Shown in pieces: positions 24,371-36,886 of a stretch of 64,000 nucleotides of DNA. The position numbers were made by a program, and so were the translations under genes. The notes under the pieces were generated by a model that did not search any database, was not told the origin of the DNA, and worked only from the letters and a program-made list of their open reading frames with translations. The stretch spans positions 25,234,001 through 25,298,000 of the forward strand of contig NC_042998.1 of assembly GCF_006345805.1 (NCBI RefSeq), given 5' to 3'. Within the stretch, counting starts at the first letter, position 1, and the number at the start of each line of letters is the position of its first letter. This stretch comes from Octopus sinensis. Lineage: Eukaryota.

Positions 24371-25329
24371 TCTTCATGACTTGTACATAATGATAACACA
24401 GTTTATATTGTGTATAGTTACTGTCAGAGTTTGTGCTGTGAAACTATGTTGGACCTAACTACACAGGAACAGACCATTTCTAATTAAGACATAAGGCCAA
24501 CAATTTTGGAAGAAATTGATAATGCGGACCCTAGTAACTGGCTGGTACTTTATTTTATCAATCCTGGGACAGAGGAAAGGCTAAAATTGACCTCAGTGAG
24601 TATGAACGCAGAATAATAAAGAACCAGAAAAAATACCACAAGGTATTTTTGTCTGCTGTCTAACAATTCTCTCAACTCAAAGCAAATCAGACAAAACTTT
24701 AGGCTATTTCTATGTGGATGGAAAATTTCAGTACACATATGTGAACAGAATTAAATTTTATTCACTATCTTAAAGAAAGCTACAAAAAAAAAAAAAAAAA
24801 GAAAATATCACTCAAAAGTCTGTAACATTTTTTCTGTGAAATTTTTTCAGTTGACTCTTTTTCTAAATTTGCTGTTTACAGTGGAATTGACATACAATGG
24901 AATTAAGTGAGTGAAATTATCTTGTATTTTTATTTTGAAATTTATGTATAAGATAAAATTAATCTCTTACATTGCAGTTTAAACAATTTATAGAATACTA
25001 GAAATTCTGTTTATTTATGCATGGCAATTTATCTAATTTGCAATTTTCAATCCATATTATGTATAGAAATAGTTTGAAGTTTGTATGGTTATTTTTGAAC
25101 AATATGCCAGAGTAGTAGGTGCAGAAAGGTAGCACAGTGCACATTCTTCAATGATAAGCATCATACAGAAGTGAAAATGAAAACATTCCATAGATTATCT
25201 GAAGTAATAGGCTAGGTTATCTTGATATTTATCCAGTTCTCTCTCTGATGATAACCATTAGGCAAAATAATGGAAATGTGGCTTCCATACAAACTTATGC
25301 ACATGCATGTATGACTGTGTCCATACACA

Positions 25330-25446
25330 TAAATAGATAGATAGATAGATAGATAGATACATACATACATACATACATACATACATACATACACATCTAT
25401 CTATGTGTGTGTGTATTTGTGTGTATGTGTATATATATATATATAT

Positions 25447-25529
<83 letters not shown>

Positions 25530-25605
25530 CATACATGCATATGAACGTATGATGTATGTATGTATACGTCTCTCTCTCTCTCTATATATATATCATATAT
25601 ATATA
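25330..25605. repeat. Compound (ATAG)n/(ATAC)n/(TA)n microsatellite
   Basis: Direct reading. Confidence 0.95.
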
Positions 25606-25918
25606 TGTCACCGTGATCACCGTGACCGACCAGGCTATCAGATGTTGCTACAAATCGCTGGTGACAATGTGTTTTGCATTGTTTTTGCCTTCAAATGGCA
25701 CCATCACGCTGACTAAGCAAGCAGGCCAACAGAAGAAAGAGTGAAAGAAGGTTGTGGTAAAAGAGTACAGCAGGGATTGCCACTACCCCCTGCCAAAGTC
25801 TCATGGAGTTTTAGGTGTTTTCGCTCAATAAACACTCACAACGCCCGATCTGGGAATCAAAACCGCAATCCTACAACCACAAGTCTGCTGCCCTAACCAC
25901 TGGGCCATTGCGCCTCCA
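25606..25918 (-). mobile_element. SINE family D with ATCACGGTGA tail
   Basis: Same head as 14006-14380 but a different tail, also seen at 58800-58920. Confidence 0.8.
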
Positions 25919-25962
25919 CATATGCACACATACATACATACATACATACATACATACATACA

Positions 25963-25995
<33 letters not shown>

Positions 25996-26046
25996 TTCAT
26001 ACATATTTCAAATCTGTGTGGTATTTATTTATGTATTGTTATATCA

Positions 26047-26077
<31 letters not shown>

Positions 26078-26626
26078 ATATATGTGCTTATATGTATTGA
26101 TATAACAATACATAAATAAATCCCACACAGATTTGAAATAGTTATGACATGTTGACACATGAATTTTATGCATCTGAAGCTTACCATTAGCACCAAAATA
26201 TCTAAATTTCAGTGAAATTAAATGAAAACACTTTTCCAGAGGAAGTTCAATATCATTTTTTTGACAGCAAATTTAATTTGGCAAATTACCAATTGATCTT
26301 CATGAAGCACAGCTAGTTATGTCATGTTTGGATATCAATGACATCAGCATGTTTGCTATCAATGATCAATATGGGGTGGTTGTACTTGCACCTGGTCAAT
26401 TCTGATTGAAGAGATCTATGACGAAATATATTCTTGCTGTGACCATTCCCCCTCTTTAGAGTTATCTAAGACAATATTATTTAATGCAGTGCTACGCAAA
26501 GTGGTAGTCGATGGACCAGTACCGGTTCACAAGCTATCAGCTGCAGGTACATGGCAAGTTTCCAGAAAAGAAAGGAACATTATAAAATGCTTATAAAATG
26601 CTTATGCAATATTGTATTATTTTATA

Positions 26627-27029
26627 GGCATAGGAGTGGCTGTGTGGTAAGTAGCTTGCTTACCAACCACATGGTTCCGGGTTCATTCCCACTACGAGGC
26701 ACCTTGGCAAGTGTCTTTTACTATAGTCTCGGGCTGACCAAACCTTGTTAGTGGATTTGGTAAACGGAAACTGAAAGAAGCCCATCGTATATATGTATAT
26801 ATATGTATGTGTGTGTATATGTTTGTGTGTCTGTGTTTGTCCCCCCAGCATTGCTTGACAACCGATGCTGGTGTGTTGTGCCCCGTAACTTAGCGGTTCG
26901 GCAAAAGAGACTGATAGAATAAGTACTAGGCTTACAAAGAATAAGTCCTGGGATCGATTTGCTTGACTAAAGGTGGTGCTCCAGCATGGCCACAGTCAAA
27001 TGACTGAAACAAGTAAAAGAGAGTAAAAG
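26627..27029 (+). mobile_element. SINE family A, full length
   Basis: Head to tail. Confidence 0.88.
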
Positions 27030-27254
27030 TGCATGTCAACTTAAGGTGACTGTCCCATAAAAGGGAAGAATGCTACTGCTATTTAGCCCTAGGAAACACC
27101 GTTTCCTGTTGGAGTTGACACATTTCCTGTGTCCTTATGTTTTCAAAGTTTCTGAGAGATTTAGAAATATATTATTTCTATTGTATTATTTGTCTACAAA
27201 ATAAATATAAGATAAAAAAATATTGTCAACTTTTAGTATACTCATTATATATCT

Positions 27255-27420
27255 TGAATGGTGCTTTTTATGTGCCACCGGCATGGGAGCCAGCCAGGTG
27301 GCACTTGGCATCGACCACACTCGAATGGTGCTTTTTATGTGCCACCAGCATGGATACCAGTCAGGTGGTACTGGCATCGGCCACGACAATGATTTCGCTT
27401 GACTCAACAGGTCTTCCCAA
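27255..27420 (-). mobile_element. Family C minisatellite fragment
   Basis: GGTGCTTTTTATGTGCCACC units. Confidence 0.65.
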
Positions 27421-28640
27421 TTTGTTATATTTCAATCATTATCTGAGTTCCAGCATCCAAGATAAAAGAAAAGGTGAAGAACATTCTTGAGTTTACAGAT
27501 TATATTTTTAATACACTGTTAAGGACCAATATAAGAATTTTAAAAATGTCAATATTTCAAGTATTCCTCGCTCATTCTTAAGTATTGGATTGAAAATTGT
27601 ATGTCATCTTGATGTGTATGTCTCTCTTTTAGCATGGCAGATGGTAGATGGTAGGAACAGTAGCTGCCTTGCAGTGTCGACTTAGCTCTCCAATAGATTT
27701 TTTGATTGATGTCTGCTTTCCCAATAAATTTCAAAGAACATGCAGAAGGCAATTGCTATTTTAAAATTTTATCTTCAGTCACCTTCCTGTTGTCATATGA
27801 CTGTGGACAGGATTTTTTCCATAACACGACATTTTGAAGAATACTTTCAAACTTACACACACACTATATATATATATATATATTGATTTTACTGTTATCA
27901 TTTCTTAAATATAGCCACGAAACACGTGTAGTTATTCTACCAAATATATACGTTTTATTCAATATTTTGTACATTACTTAATCATTGGTATATGTTTTTA
28001 TCTTATATTTAATTTTTTTCTATATGGTATAATTTATTTTTCCTTGTTGAATTAATTAAAGGTGATTTTTTTTCTAATATCTTTCTCTTTCTCTTTTCTC
28101 TTTTACTGGTTTCAATCATTCGACTGTGGCCATGCTGGGGCACCGCCTTCTAGTTAAGCAAATCGACACCAGAACTTATTCTTTGTAAGCCTAGTGCTTA
28201 TTCTATCAGTCTCTTTCGCCGAACCACTAAGTTATGGGTACATAGACACAGCAGCATCGGTTGTCAAGTGATGTTGGTGGGGAGAAACACAGACACAAAT
28301 AGACCAGGGGCCAAGAGAGAAACTGTTTTTCCAAATACAAACATAACAGCAGACAAAATGTGGATAGAACAAGAAGAAAAACTAATCAGACAGAGAAAGC
28401 CAAAAGATTAATGAATTCCTGATAACAGCTAATCACCTGTCAGCTAATTGTCAACTAACATTCTTGATAAAATAAACAATCTTCTAAAATTTGTCTATCC
28501 TATGTTTATTTGTTTGTTTGTTTGTGTGTTTTTTCCTTATTCAGTGCAAAATTAACTCAATTCACATATTTCCCTAAGCTAACTCCATTCTTACAAGGTT
28601 TTTGTTCATCAGAGTGACCAAGAGCTCTGGACAATTAGTA

Positions 28641-29030
28641 CCTATTTCTTTACTACCCACAAGGGACTAAACACAGAAGGGACAAACAAGGACAGACAAA
28701 CGGATTAAGTCGATTATATCGACCCCAGTGCGTAACTGGTACTTATTTAATCGACCCCGAAAGGATGAAAGGCAAAGTCGACCTCCGCAGAATTTGAACT
28801 CAAAACGTAACGACAGACAAAATACCTATTTATTTACTACCTACAAGGGGCTAAACACAGAAGGGACAAACAAGGACAGACAAATGGATTAAGTCGATTA
28901 CATCGACCCCAGTGCATAACTGGTATTTAATTTATTGACCCCGGAAGGATGAAAGGCAAAGTCGACCTTGGTGGAATTTGAACTCAGAACGTAGCGACAG
29001 ACAAAATACTGCTGAGCATTTCGCCCGGCT
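28641..29030 (-). mobile_element. SINE family B head-to-tail dimer
   Basis: ~185-bp unit repeated twice. Confidence 0.85.
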
Positions 29031-29940
29031 GGAGAATTAATACCTTTTGGTAGGTGATGTAGCATACCCCTGCCTCTATTTGTTCACTGGTTCTCTTATC
29101 CCTAAGTAAAAACCATTTCATAGTTAAAACTTCATCCTCTGACTTATCACCAAGGTTCTCCTGGATTAAGATCTGCACATGAAGTGACTGCTCTGCACAC
29201 CTGGGTAGATCTAGAGAAAGATCATCATTGATAAAACAATTCTAAACAGTTTAATCTCAAAACTTAAGTGTTTTTCTAAGGCTGGCAGATGAACAGACGA
29301 AGGTAGTGATCGATGGATGGGCACTTAGTCAAGTGAATCTCAACTGACAAGGATCTCAGCAGATACTGAAGAAGACTGTATCTTTTAAGGCAAGATTAAC
29401 ACCTCAGGTTTCAGTAGCAAAATCTCAGAAAAATAGTAAAGGATATGCCTCTGGGTGTTATTAGACTGTAAAAACTGCAAATTATTCATTAAAATGTGGA
29501 TGTTATCATTGTGCAGTTGGGCATCATTGTTAAATCAACCATTTCTAGCGTTTTTTTTTTTTTTGCGTTTTTCTCAAAATGACATTTTTGATTATGAGTA
29601 GCAACTTTTAAGTCATGATATCTCCAAGAATAATTGATCTAATAAACTGACATGTTGCTTGTGTATTACTTTGATACTTGCCTAGATGGTGTTCTTGTGT
29701 GATTAGATACACTTCAATTGTTCATCTTCTAGAGACACTTGAGTGCTACTACCCAGGGGTCAAAAACACTTGAACTGCTGCATATGGCTATGAGCAACCC
29801 ACAACAAAATCTAGGCCAATTTCCTCAATGTCTTTCATTCAGCATTTAGTCTGTATCCCAATCTGTTGGTATTCCAAGTTAGAGCATGTTATCTTTGATA
29901 GTTTGGTAGAAAAATTGACCTAAGTAAAGGTATGTTTGCC

Positions 29941-30164
29941 TTACTCTTTACTCTTTTACTCTTTTACTTGTTTCAGTCCTTTTGACTGTGTCCATGCTGG
30001 AGCACTGTCTTTAGTCGAGCAAATAGACCTCAGGACTTATTCTTTGTAAGTCTAGTACTTATTCTATCGGTCTCTTTTGACAAACTGCAAAGTTACAGGG
30101 ACGGGGACGTAAACACACCAGCATCGGTTGTCAGGCAATGTTGGGAGGGCAAACAGACACACAA

Positions 30165-30200
<36 letters not shown>

Positions 30201-30367
30201 GTGTGTGTGTGTGTGCTTCAGTTTCCGTCTACCAAATTCACTTACAAGGCTTTGGTCAGCCCGAAGCTATAGTAGAAGACACTTGCCCAAGGTGCCATGC
30301 AGTGGGACTGAACCCAGAACCATATGGTTCGTAAGCAAGCTACTTACCACACAGCCACTCCTACGCC
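29941..30367 (-). mobile_element. SINE family A, full length
   Basis: Tail to head. Confidence 0.85.
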
Positions 30368-31136
30368 TTGTCGGGCATTTTGAATTTATAATTATGTCAT
30401 AAAGAGATAATGTGGAAATTTGAATATTATTTCATTTGACAGAACTAACATTGTTCTTGGTGTATGGCCATATTTGGCTTGCCTTGGTTTTATTCCCACT
30501 GAGTGAGAGCATCGTCAATTTAAGGGTGTTTTCATACATTTGATGGGTTAGTCTTGCCTTACTGTTGCCATATGTTTGCACTATGGGACTAAGATGCTGG
30601 AAGTGATGATGATGTGGATCTGAGTACTGCAATCGATCATCATCTGTAAGAACTTACTTAGAAGTATTACATTTTCTCTTTCTTATTGTTATTCCTTTCA
30701 GAAAATCACAATTTTCAACCTTTTTTTATACTTAGTATTTGTTGTAACACGAAAACCAAACACCCCCACACTGGCATTCATTTACAATAATGTCAATCAA
30801 AACTGCGCACGTCATCTTCTCCAATGTCTGGCTTTTATTGCACACCAAATAAAGATTATGTGTGCAAAATATCATGCAAAAACTAATATGCAAATGTTAT
30901 CATCAAGGTTTCAATTTTGCAGAAATGCAGCTGCCAAAAAGACTTTCATAATATAGAAATACATGTTGGAGCTGTTCGTGTCATTCTTTGAAACAGTCAT
31001 TCTTTTAAACTATACTAGCTGCAGTTGTCTGTCACCCTGATGGCTGTGTATGCATATGGCCCCTAACTATGCTAGCCGCAGTTTTCTGTCAACCTGATGG
31101 CTCTGTATGCATATGGCCCCTAACGAACTTTGCATA

Positions 31137-31664
31137 AAATTACTATTTTTTTTTTAAATCTCACAATGGGAGATATTCAACAATAGCACTTTGGAGTAAA
31201 GATTGTTTGCCAACATAACATGGCAGTCCTGGTTTAGGACTAATGTTGCTGTAATTTAGCCCCTGGAGACATCGTCTCCAGCTGGCTATATGACATGATC
31301 TGTGTCCTTATATTTTCGAACAAGGTGAATTCGTAACTGAAGTGGTATTGGCTCAATCTGGATTAGAGATTGGTATCATATGTCTACTAATTATTTATTA
31401 GATGAGCTTAGTGGAGAAATGGAATCACAATTGCCAATACATATTCAGTGCACTTAACTATAGTGGGGGTGCTAGATTCCCTTGTTCGAAAATATAAGGA
31501 CACAGATCATGTTGTATAGCCCTCTGGAGACGATATCTCCTGGGGCTAAATTACAACAACATTCGTCCTAAACCAGGATGGTCATGTTATGCTGGCAAAC
31601 AATCTTTATTCCAATGTACTGTTGCTGAATATCTCGCATTGTGAGATTTACAAGTAGTAATTTT
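31137..31664. mobile_element. Foldback MITE with ~185-bp imperfect inverted arms
   Basis: 31137-31325 pairs with 31480-31664; the loop is homologous to 31903-32040. Confidence 0.8.
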
Positions 31665-32339
31665 CTACGACATTTGTACTACAGTACCAGAGGTGGTTTC
31701 AGGCAGGTTGGTATCAAAAGGGTTAAACAAGATAATAATAAGCAAACAGGAGATAATGTAAAGATAACATACATAAAAAAATAAATGTGCACTTTTAAAG
31801 CCTAGCCAGGCTCATGGGTTGTCACTTCTGTTTTTAGAAGATCCAGATCAGCACCATAGGGTACTCATCAAAGTCAGTTGACACATTAGCACCAAGGAAA
31901 AGATAGTTAAGTGCACAAAATATATTTTGGTAATTCCGATTCCATTTCTCTGCTAAGCTCATCTAATAAATAATTAGTAGATATCTGATAACAGTCTCTA
32001 ATCCAGATTGAGTCAATACCACTTCGGTTATGAATTCACCAGCCAGAACTTGCAGTCTATGTGGCACTCTTTTCTCTTGTTTCCTTGAATGCAAATCAAG
32101 TGTTTTGAAGAATCTCTTTGATAGTTTAACCAAATTTTTTTCAATACATTTTAAAATATTTCCAAATTTTCCTCCATTTTCACAATTAGTAAGTTTCTCC
32201 AGCTGCTGTAGCTATTCCTCTCTCACATTTTAATGAAGGGATTTGCATTGGCTGCTTATGTTCGACAGTATTATTTTCAGGGCAAACAATCCGATTAAGT
32301 AATCAAAATTTCATTTGGCATTCAAAAATGCTCAGCTAT

Positions 32340-32773
32340 ACTCTCTTTACTCTTTACTCTTTTACTTGCTTCAGTCATTTGACTGAGGCCATGCTGGAGC
32401 ACCACCTTTAGTCGAGCACATCAACCCCAGGACTTATTCTTTGTAAGCCTAGTACTTATTCTATCGATCTCTTTTGCCAAACTGCCAGGTTACGGGGACA
32501 TAAACACACCAGCATCGGTTGTCAAGCGATGTTGGAGGAACAAACACAGACAGACAAACGTATAGACATACATACACACAAACACACACATATATATATA
32601 TATATACATATATACGACAGGCTTCTTTCAGTTTCCGTCTACTAAATTCACTCACAAGGCTTTGGTCGGCCCAAGGCTATAGTAGAAGACACTTGCCCAA
32701 GGTGCCGTGCAGTGGGACTGAACACGGAACCATGTGGTTCGTAAGCAAGTTACTTACCACACAGCCACTCCTA
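32340..32773 (-). mobile_element. SINE family A, full length
   Basis: Tail to head. Confidence 0.87.
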
Positions 32774-33372
32774 TGTCTATATCCATACATATTTTGTCAA
32801 ACCATGTCATACCTTAACATCATGAGATAATGACTCTTCCATGGCATTCGTTTCTTCAAATCTACAAAACTACTTTTAGATCGAAGTATTTGTAAGACTC
32901 ATTCTCCTTCAACTTTAATGCTTTCAAAGCAACCATGTCATTTCGAAATAGCCTCTGGAAAGCAGTAATGTTTATGAATAATTTTCTAAGGCACTGCAGA
33001 GTGGTTTAGTATTTTCTATTGAAAGTTGCTGAGGAAAATTTTGGAGTTGTCCACAGCAAACTTTAATTTTTGTTGCCAAATCTCTGTGAATGCAATTCAT
33101 ATTTGTTGCAATATCAAAATGTTATTCAACAATTTTGTCAAATCTCAGTTCCAAATTTCTGAGTACATTGTCAAATAAATCATAAAGAACAGTATCTTGG
33201 CAACTATTCCTGCTATATATCATGTTTTGTAGCATGCTTCTTCAGAGGACTCATATGAAAGAAGATATAAGTTAAGAGTACATTGGGTCAAATATGAATA
33301 CACAATACTAAATATCGTGTGAAAGTTGCGCCAACACATCAGTTGTGTAATGTAGGTACATATATATATGTA

Positions 33373-34398
33373 CAGGGTACGGTGAATAAATGGTCGTCTA
33401 AATTACACAAAAATGAAAATAACACTGAATGGTTGTATACTGTCAATCTAACAAGAACGTGACAGTAGGGAGTACACCACCGCTGTATAGCCCTAGGAAG
33501 CATCGAACGCCTCCTGATGGCTTTGACACATTTTTCCTGTGTCCTTATATACATTTACGAAGGGGAAACAAACACCCCGGCTGCCGAAGCTGACGTCTCA
33601 TTTTAACAGATATATTTACCAAAATTACATAAAAATATCTTGAATTATGAAAGAGTAAATTTATTCAATAAAATTACCATTGGCTTCAACCACAGCCTCC
33701 AGACAACTTTGGAATCTTCTGCAATTCTTCTGGATGGTCTCTTTGTTTAAGTTGGTGAATGCTGCCATAATCCTTGCCTTCAGTTCATCTCTGGTGTTAC
33801 AAGGAGTTTCATTGGTTTCTCACTCAACTGTGCCCCATACATAATAATGAATGGGGTTGCAGTGTGGAGAGTTAGGTGGCCAGATGTTAGGAGAGATGTG
33901 ATTGCAGAAATTGTCTGACAGCCATGACTGGGTTCTCCAGCTTGCGTGGCAGGTGAAGAGTCCTTTTGCCAGACAAAGGGTCATCCAGTGGCCACCCTCC
34001 TGACCCAGGACATCACTACTTCCTCCAGGCACTTGACGTAGGCCTCCATGTGGAAAGATGAATGGAGGCATAACGTCACCATCACTAGTGATCACTCCAA
34101 ACACCATGATGTTGACTGGGCGTTTGATTTTTATCCCTGCTGGTACATACACTTTCCTCAGATTGACACTCAAACACTCTGAAATGTGCATATTAGAGCT
34201 TCCAGTGTGAATGCCAAGCAGTACAGCATGCCATTTCCAAATTTCTGGCAGAGTGAATTCCATCATGGTGCTGTTTTTTCTCACAGACAGTACCCAACTG
34301 ACCCTACTCTACTGTGTAATCAACAAAATCAAAAACAAATAATGCACATGCATGAAATTAAAAATATAAAATAGTGACAATTTACCTATCACACTTTG
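33373..34398 (-). mobile_element. Tc1/mariner superfamily (maT/DD37D-like) internally deleted element
   Basis: TA flanks and diverged TIRs; IMVFGVITSDGDVMPPFIF, WPPNSPHCNPIHYYVWGTVE and ELKARIMAAFTNLNKE...VVEANGNFIE stop. Confidence 0.85.
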
Positions 34399-34568
34399 TA
34401 CATAAATATGTATATAATCATAAGTACTTTTGTACAACAAAGATCAGCTAGACGAGCTTTGACTCTGCTGGTTTTTTGAGACAACCGTAACCAACTTTTC
34501 CAACTTCTGACAAAATATAAACAATAATATAATATTGTTTGAGAGAGAAAGAATAAAACAAAAGAGAA

Positions 34569-34701
34569 GGGATGATGGCAATGGAAGACCTGGCAGCAGC
34601 AACCATGACTGACTCAGACATTCACATGTGGCCAAAGCAACTGCATGTTCTACATGAGGATTGGCCTCATTAGGCACGTTTGCAACTGGACTTAATGGTC
34701 T
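34569..34701 (+). repeat. 133-bp segment directly duplicated at 36887-37019
   Basis: Four mismatches, all transitions. Confidence 0.92.
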
Positions 34702-35136
34702 GCATATTTATTCAGGACGAAAAATTGATTTTCAGATTTGAGGGACAAGCTGTCACTTCAGTATTGCATATTTGTTTGTTTCTTGTTTGCTTGTCCACTT
34801 TCTGTCATGTTTGGTCCCTTGTTCATTGGCTCGCCATTTCTTGGTAGCTTCTTGCTGCCGACACCACCAGAGAGGACCAATATTATCGTTGAAGGCACAA
34901 AATTGTGTTTCACCCTCTGGTCATTAACTGATGACGATTTGATGACCTTCTGTGTTTGTCTTCCATTTGTTTGTGCCTTTATTATGTTTTTTTAACTTAT
35001 TATTTGATGTAACACCTCATGCTTTTATTTTTTTTACAGTGTTTCTCTCTCTCTCTCTCTCTGTATGTATATATATATATATATATATAATATATATATA
35101 TATATACGCGAGAAAAAAGCAACAAGAATGGATAGG

Positions 35137-35230
35137 TTTTTAGTACAATCGTTTCATACAAGGACAGGCTTTATTAAAAGTTGCAAAAATTGCAGCATAT
35201 AAACGTCTCCCGTACTCATCAGCTAAAATA
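35137..35230 (-). ncRNA. Type I hammerhead ribozyme with intact core
   Basis: TTTTAG-CTGATGA-GTACGGGAGAC-long loop-GTCCTTGTAT-GAAAC-GATT-GTA-CTAAAA; 6-bp stem I; predicted cleavage between 35144 and 35143. Confidence 0.8.
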
Positions 35231-35988
35231 CATGTGAGTTCTCTAGACATCCTAGTGGTTGAGGCTATACTCATGAAGTAATGTAGATAATTAAGTAACA
35301 TAAACAGATTTCCAAAGTTCATTAAAGTTCTTTAAAGATGATGTACAGTCTTATCACAGAATTTTAAAAAAGTTTTAATAGCATCACAGAGAAGGTGACT
35401 TAATCCATAGTGTACATATGAATTTCCAGAGATATGAGGAGGGATTACATACTCACAGACGACAAATTTATCCATTGCTAATCACAACGAGGTGGGTCTC
35501 AATTCCTGCTTATTAGCATTACAGAGAGGGTGAATTAATCCTTTGTATAGATGCACAATTTCCAATGGTGTAGATGTAAATTTCCAGAGAAATGAAGAGG
35601 AATTTCATATTCACAGACGATAAATTTATCAATGGTTGAACACAATGAGGTAGGTATCAATTCTTGCTATATGATTAGGTATTTGCCACATTAATCACAT
35701 TACTGCTATTTTCAAGAGACTGTAGCTATTTAACTTTTAAAGGCTGAAGGGCTTTCTAGAGAGGCAAAGAACAGGAAGGGAAGGAAAGAGAGGAAAAGAG
35801 AGAAAATAAAGGAGGAGGGAGCAAAAAGGTGCATCTAAGTTAGGTACCATATTCAAGTAAATTCATTTAAATTGACTTGAATCTTTATTGCTTTTTGTAT
35901 ATATATATATATATACACACATCTAATATAGGATAAAATTTTTCGAAAAAAATTCTATCAATGGCCAGCATATTATAAATACCTTTAA

Positions 35989-36218
35989 CCCTTTAGTGTT
36001 TAAACTGGCCATATCCGGCTCAAATATTCTACATGTTTTATATTCAAACTGGCGATATCTAGCTTCTCACACCTACCCTACATTGACACTCTAAAAATAA
36101 ATAGTGACATTATTGAAACCTCAAAGCTATAAGATAATGCATGATTAATTCAAGTTGATGATGATGAATTTGAATGAAGAAGTATTACATTTAACAGAAT
36201 AATTTAAACACTAAAGAG
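35989..36218. mobile_element. piggyBac-type MITE
   Basis: TTAA flanks; TIRs CCCTTTAGTGTTTAAA and TTTAAACACTAAAGAG. Confidence 0.85.
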
Positions 36219-36384
36219 TTAATGGTTAAATTTATAAACAACTTATAAACAAGGGCAAAAGAAAAAAATTCTAATGCCAAATATGCCGAAAATAGACTTA
36301 AATCGTCAATAATCATATAATTCATCACTATAAGCACATGTCTTAAAGTAAGCCGACAGAAATTTCTAAAAATTCCGTTATAAT

Positions 36385-36441
36385 CGTATTGGGCCCCGAT
36401 TTCAGAGTTAATTCATAAGAATTTTCTCCTCGTCAGCGATA
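36385..36441 (-). ncRNA. Degenerate hammerhead motif
   Basis: TATCG-CTGACGA-GGAG-loop-CTCT-GAAAT-CGGG-GCC-CAATA; the cleavage triplet lacks the U. Confidence 0.45.
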
Positions 36442-36713
36442 AATATGGTAAGAAATAAATGAAATACTTACTTACACCTATGGAAGAAGCAAACACTAAC
36501 TCATGAGTACACTTAAGTACCCCAAATATATCCAAAATAGAAATTCTATAACAAACTGTTGTATATATATATATATATATATAAGTACAAAGTGAGATAG
36601 GGATTATGAGTGTAACCCACTATGGGATATCAGTTATCCAATATACTGCTAGTGAAGTACCCAAAAGGCAAATACATAAATGCTTATAATTGCAATGCAA
36701 TTAATTCATTTAT

Positions 36714-36875
36714 TGTATTAGATGGGCGAAGGTAAAATATTTTACCTCAAAATCATAATACAAATAAGAAAATTGAGGAACAGATTCCTTTCAAGTAGTT
36801 AATAAATAATATGAATTGGTATTATCTGTAAGTCGATGATTGAAAGGAATCTGTTCCTCCATTTTCTTATTTGTA
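36714..36875. repeat. Nested hairpin plus 36-bp inverted repeat next to (TA)n
   Basis: TGTATTA/TAATACA encloses AGGTAAAA/TTTTACCT; 36759-36794 is inverted at 36840-36875. Confidence 0.65.
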
Positions 36876-36886
36876 TATATATATAG

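Larger units (their letters stand above)
27500..33330 (-). pseudogene. Unidentified decayed reading frame fragmented by SINE/MITE insertions
   Basis: Several 40-70-codon open or nearly open protein-like stretches on the minus strand between repeats; family not recognised. Confidence 0.35.

Noticed and set aside
33074-33094. CIHRDLA string resembling a tyrosine-kinase catalytic loop
   Set aside because: No RN or DFG at the expected spacing, and the upstream helix spacing is wrong; treated as coincidence pending a homology search.
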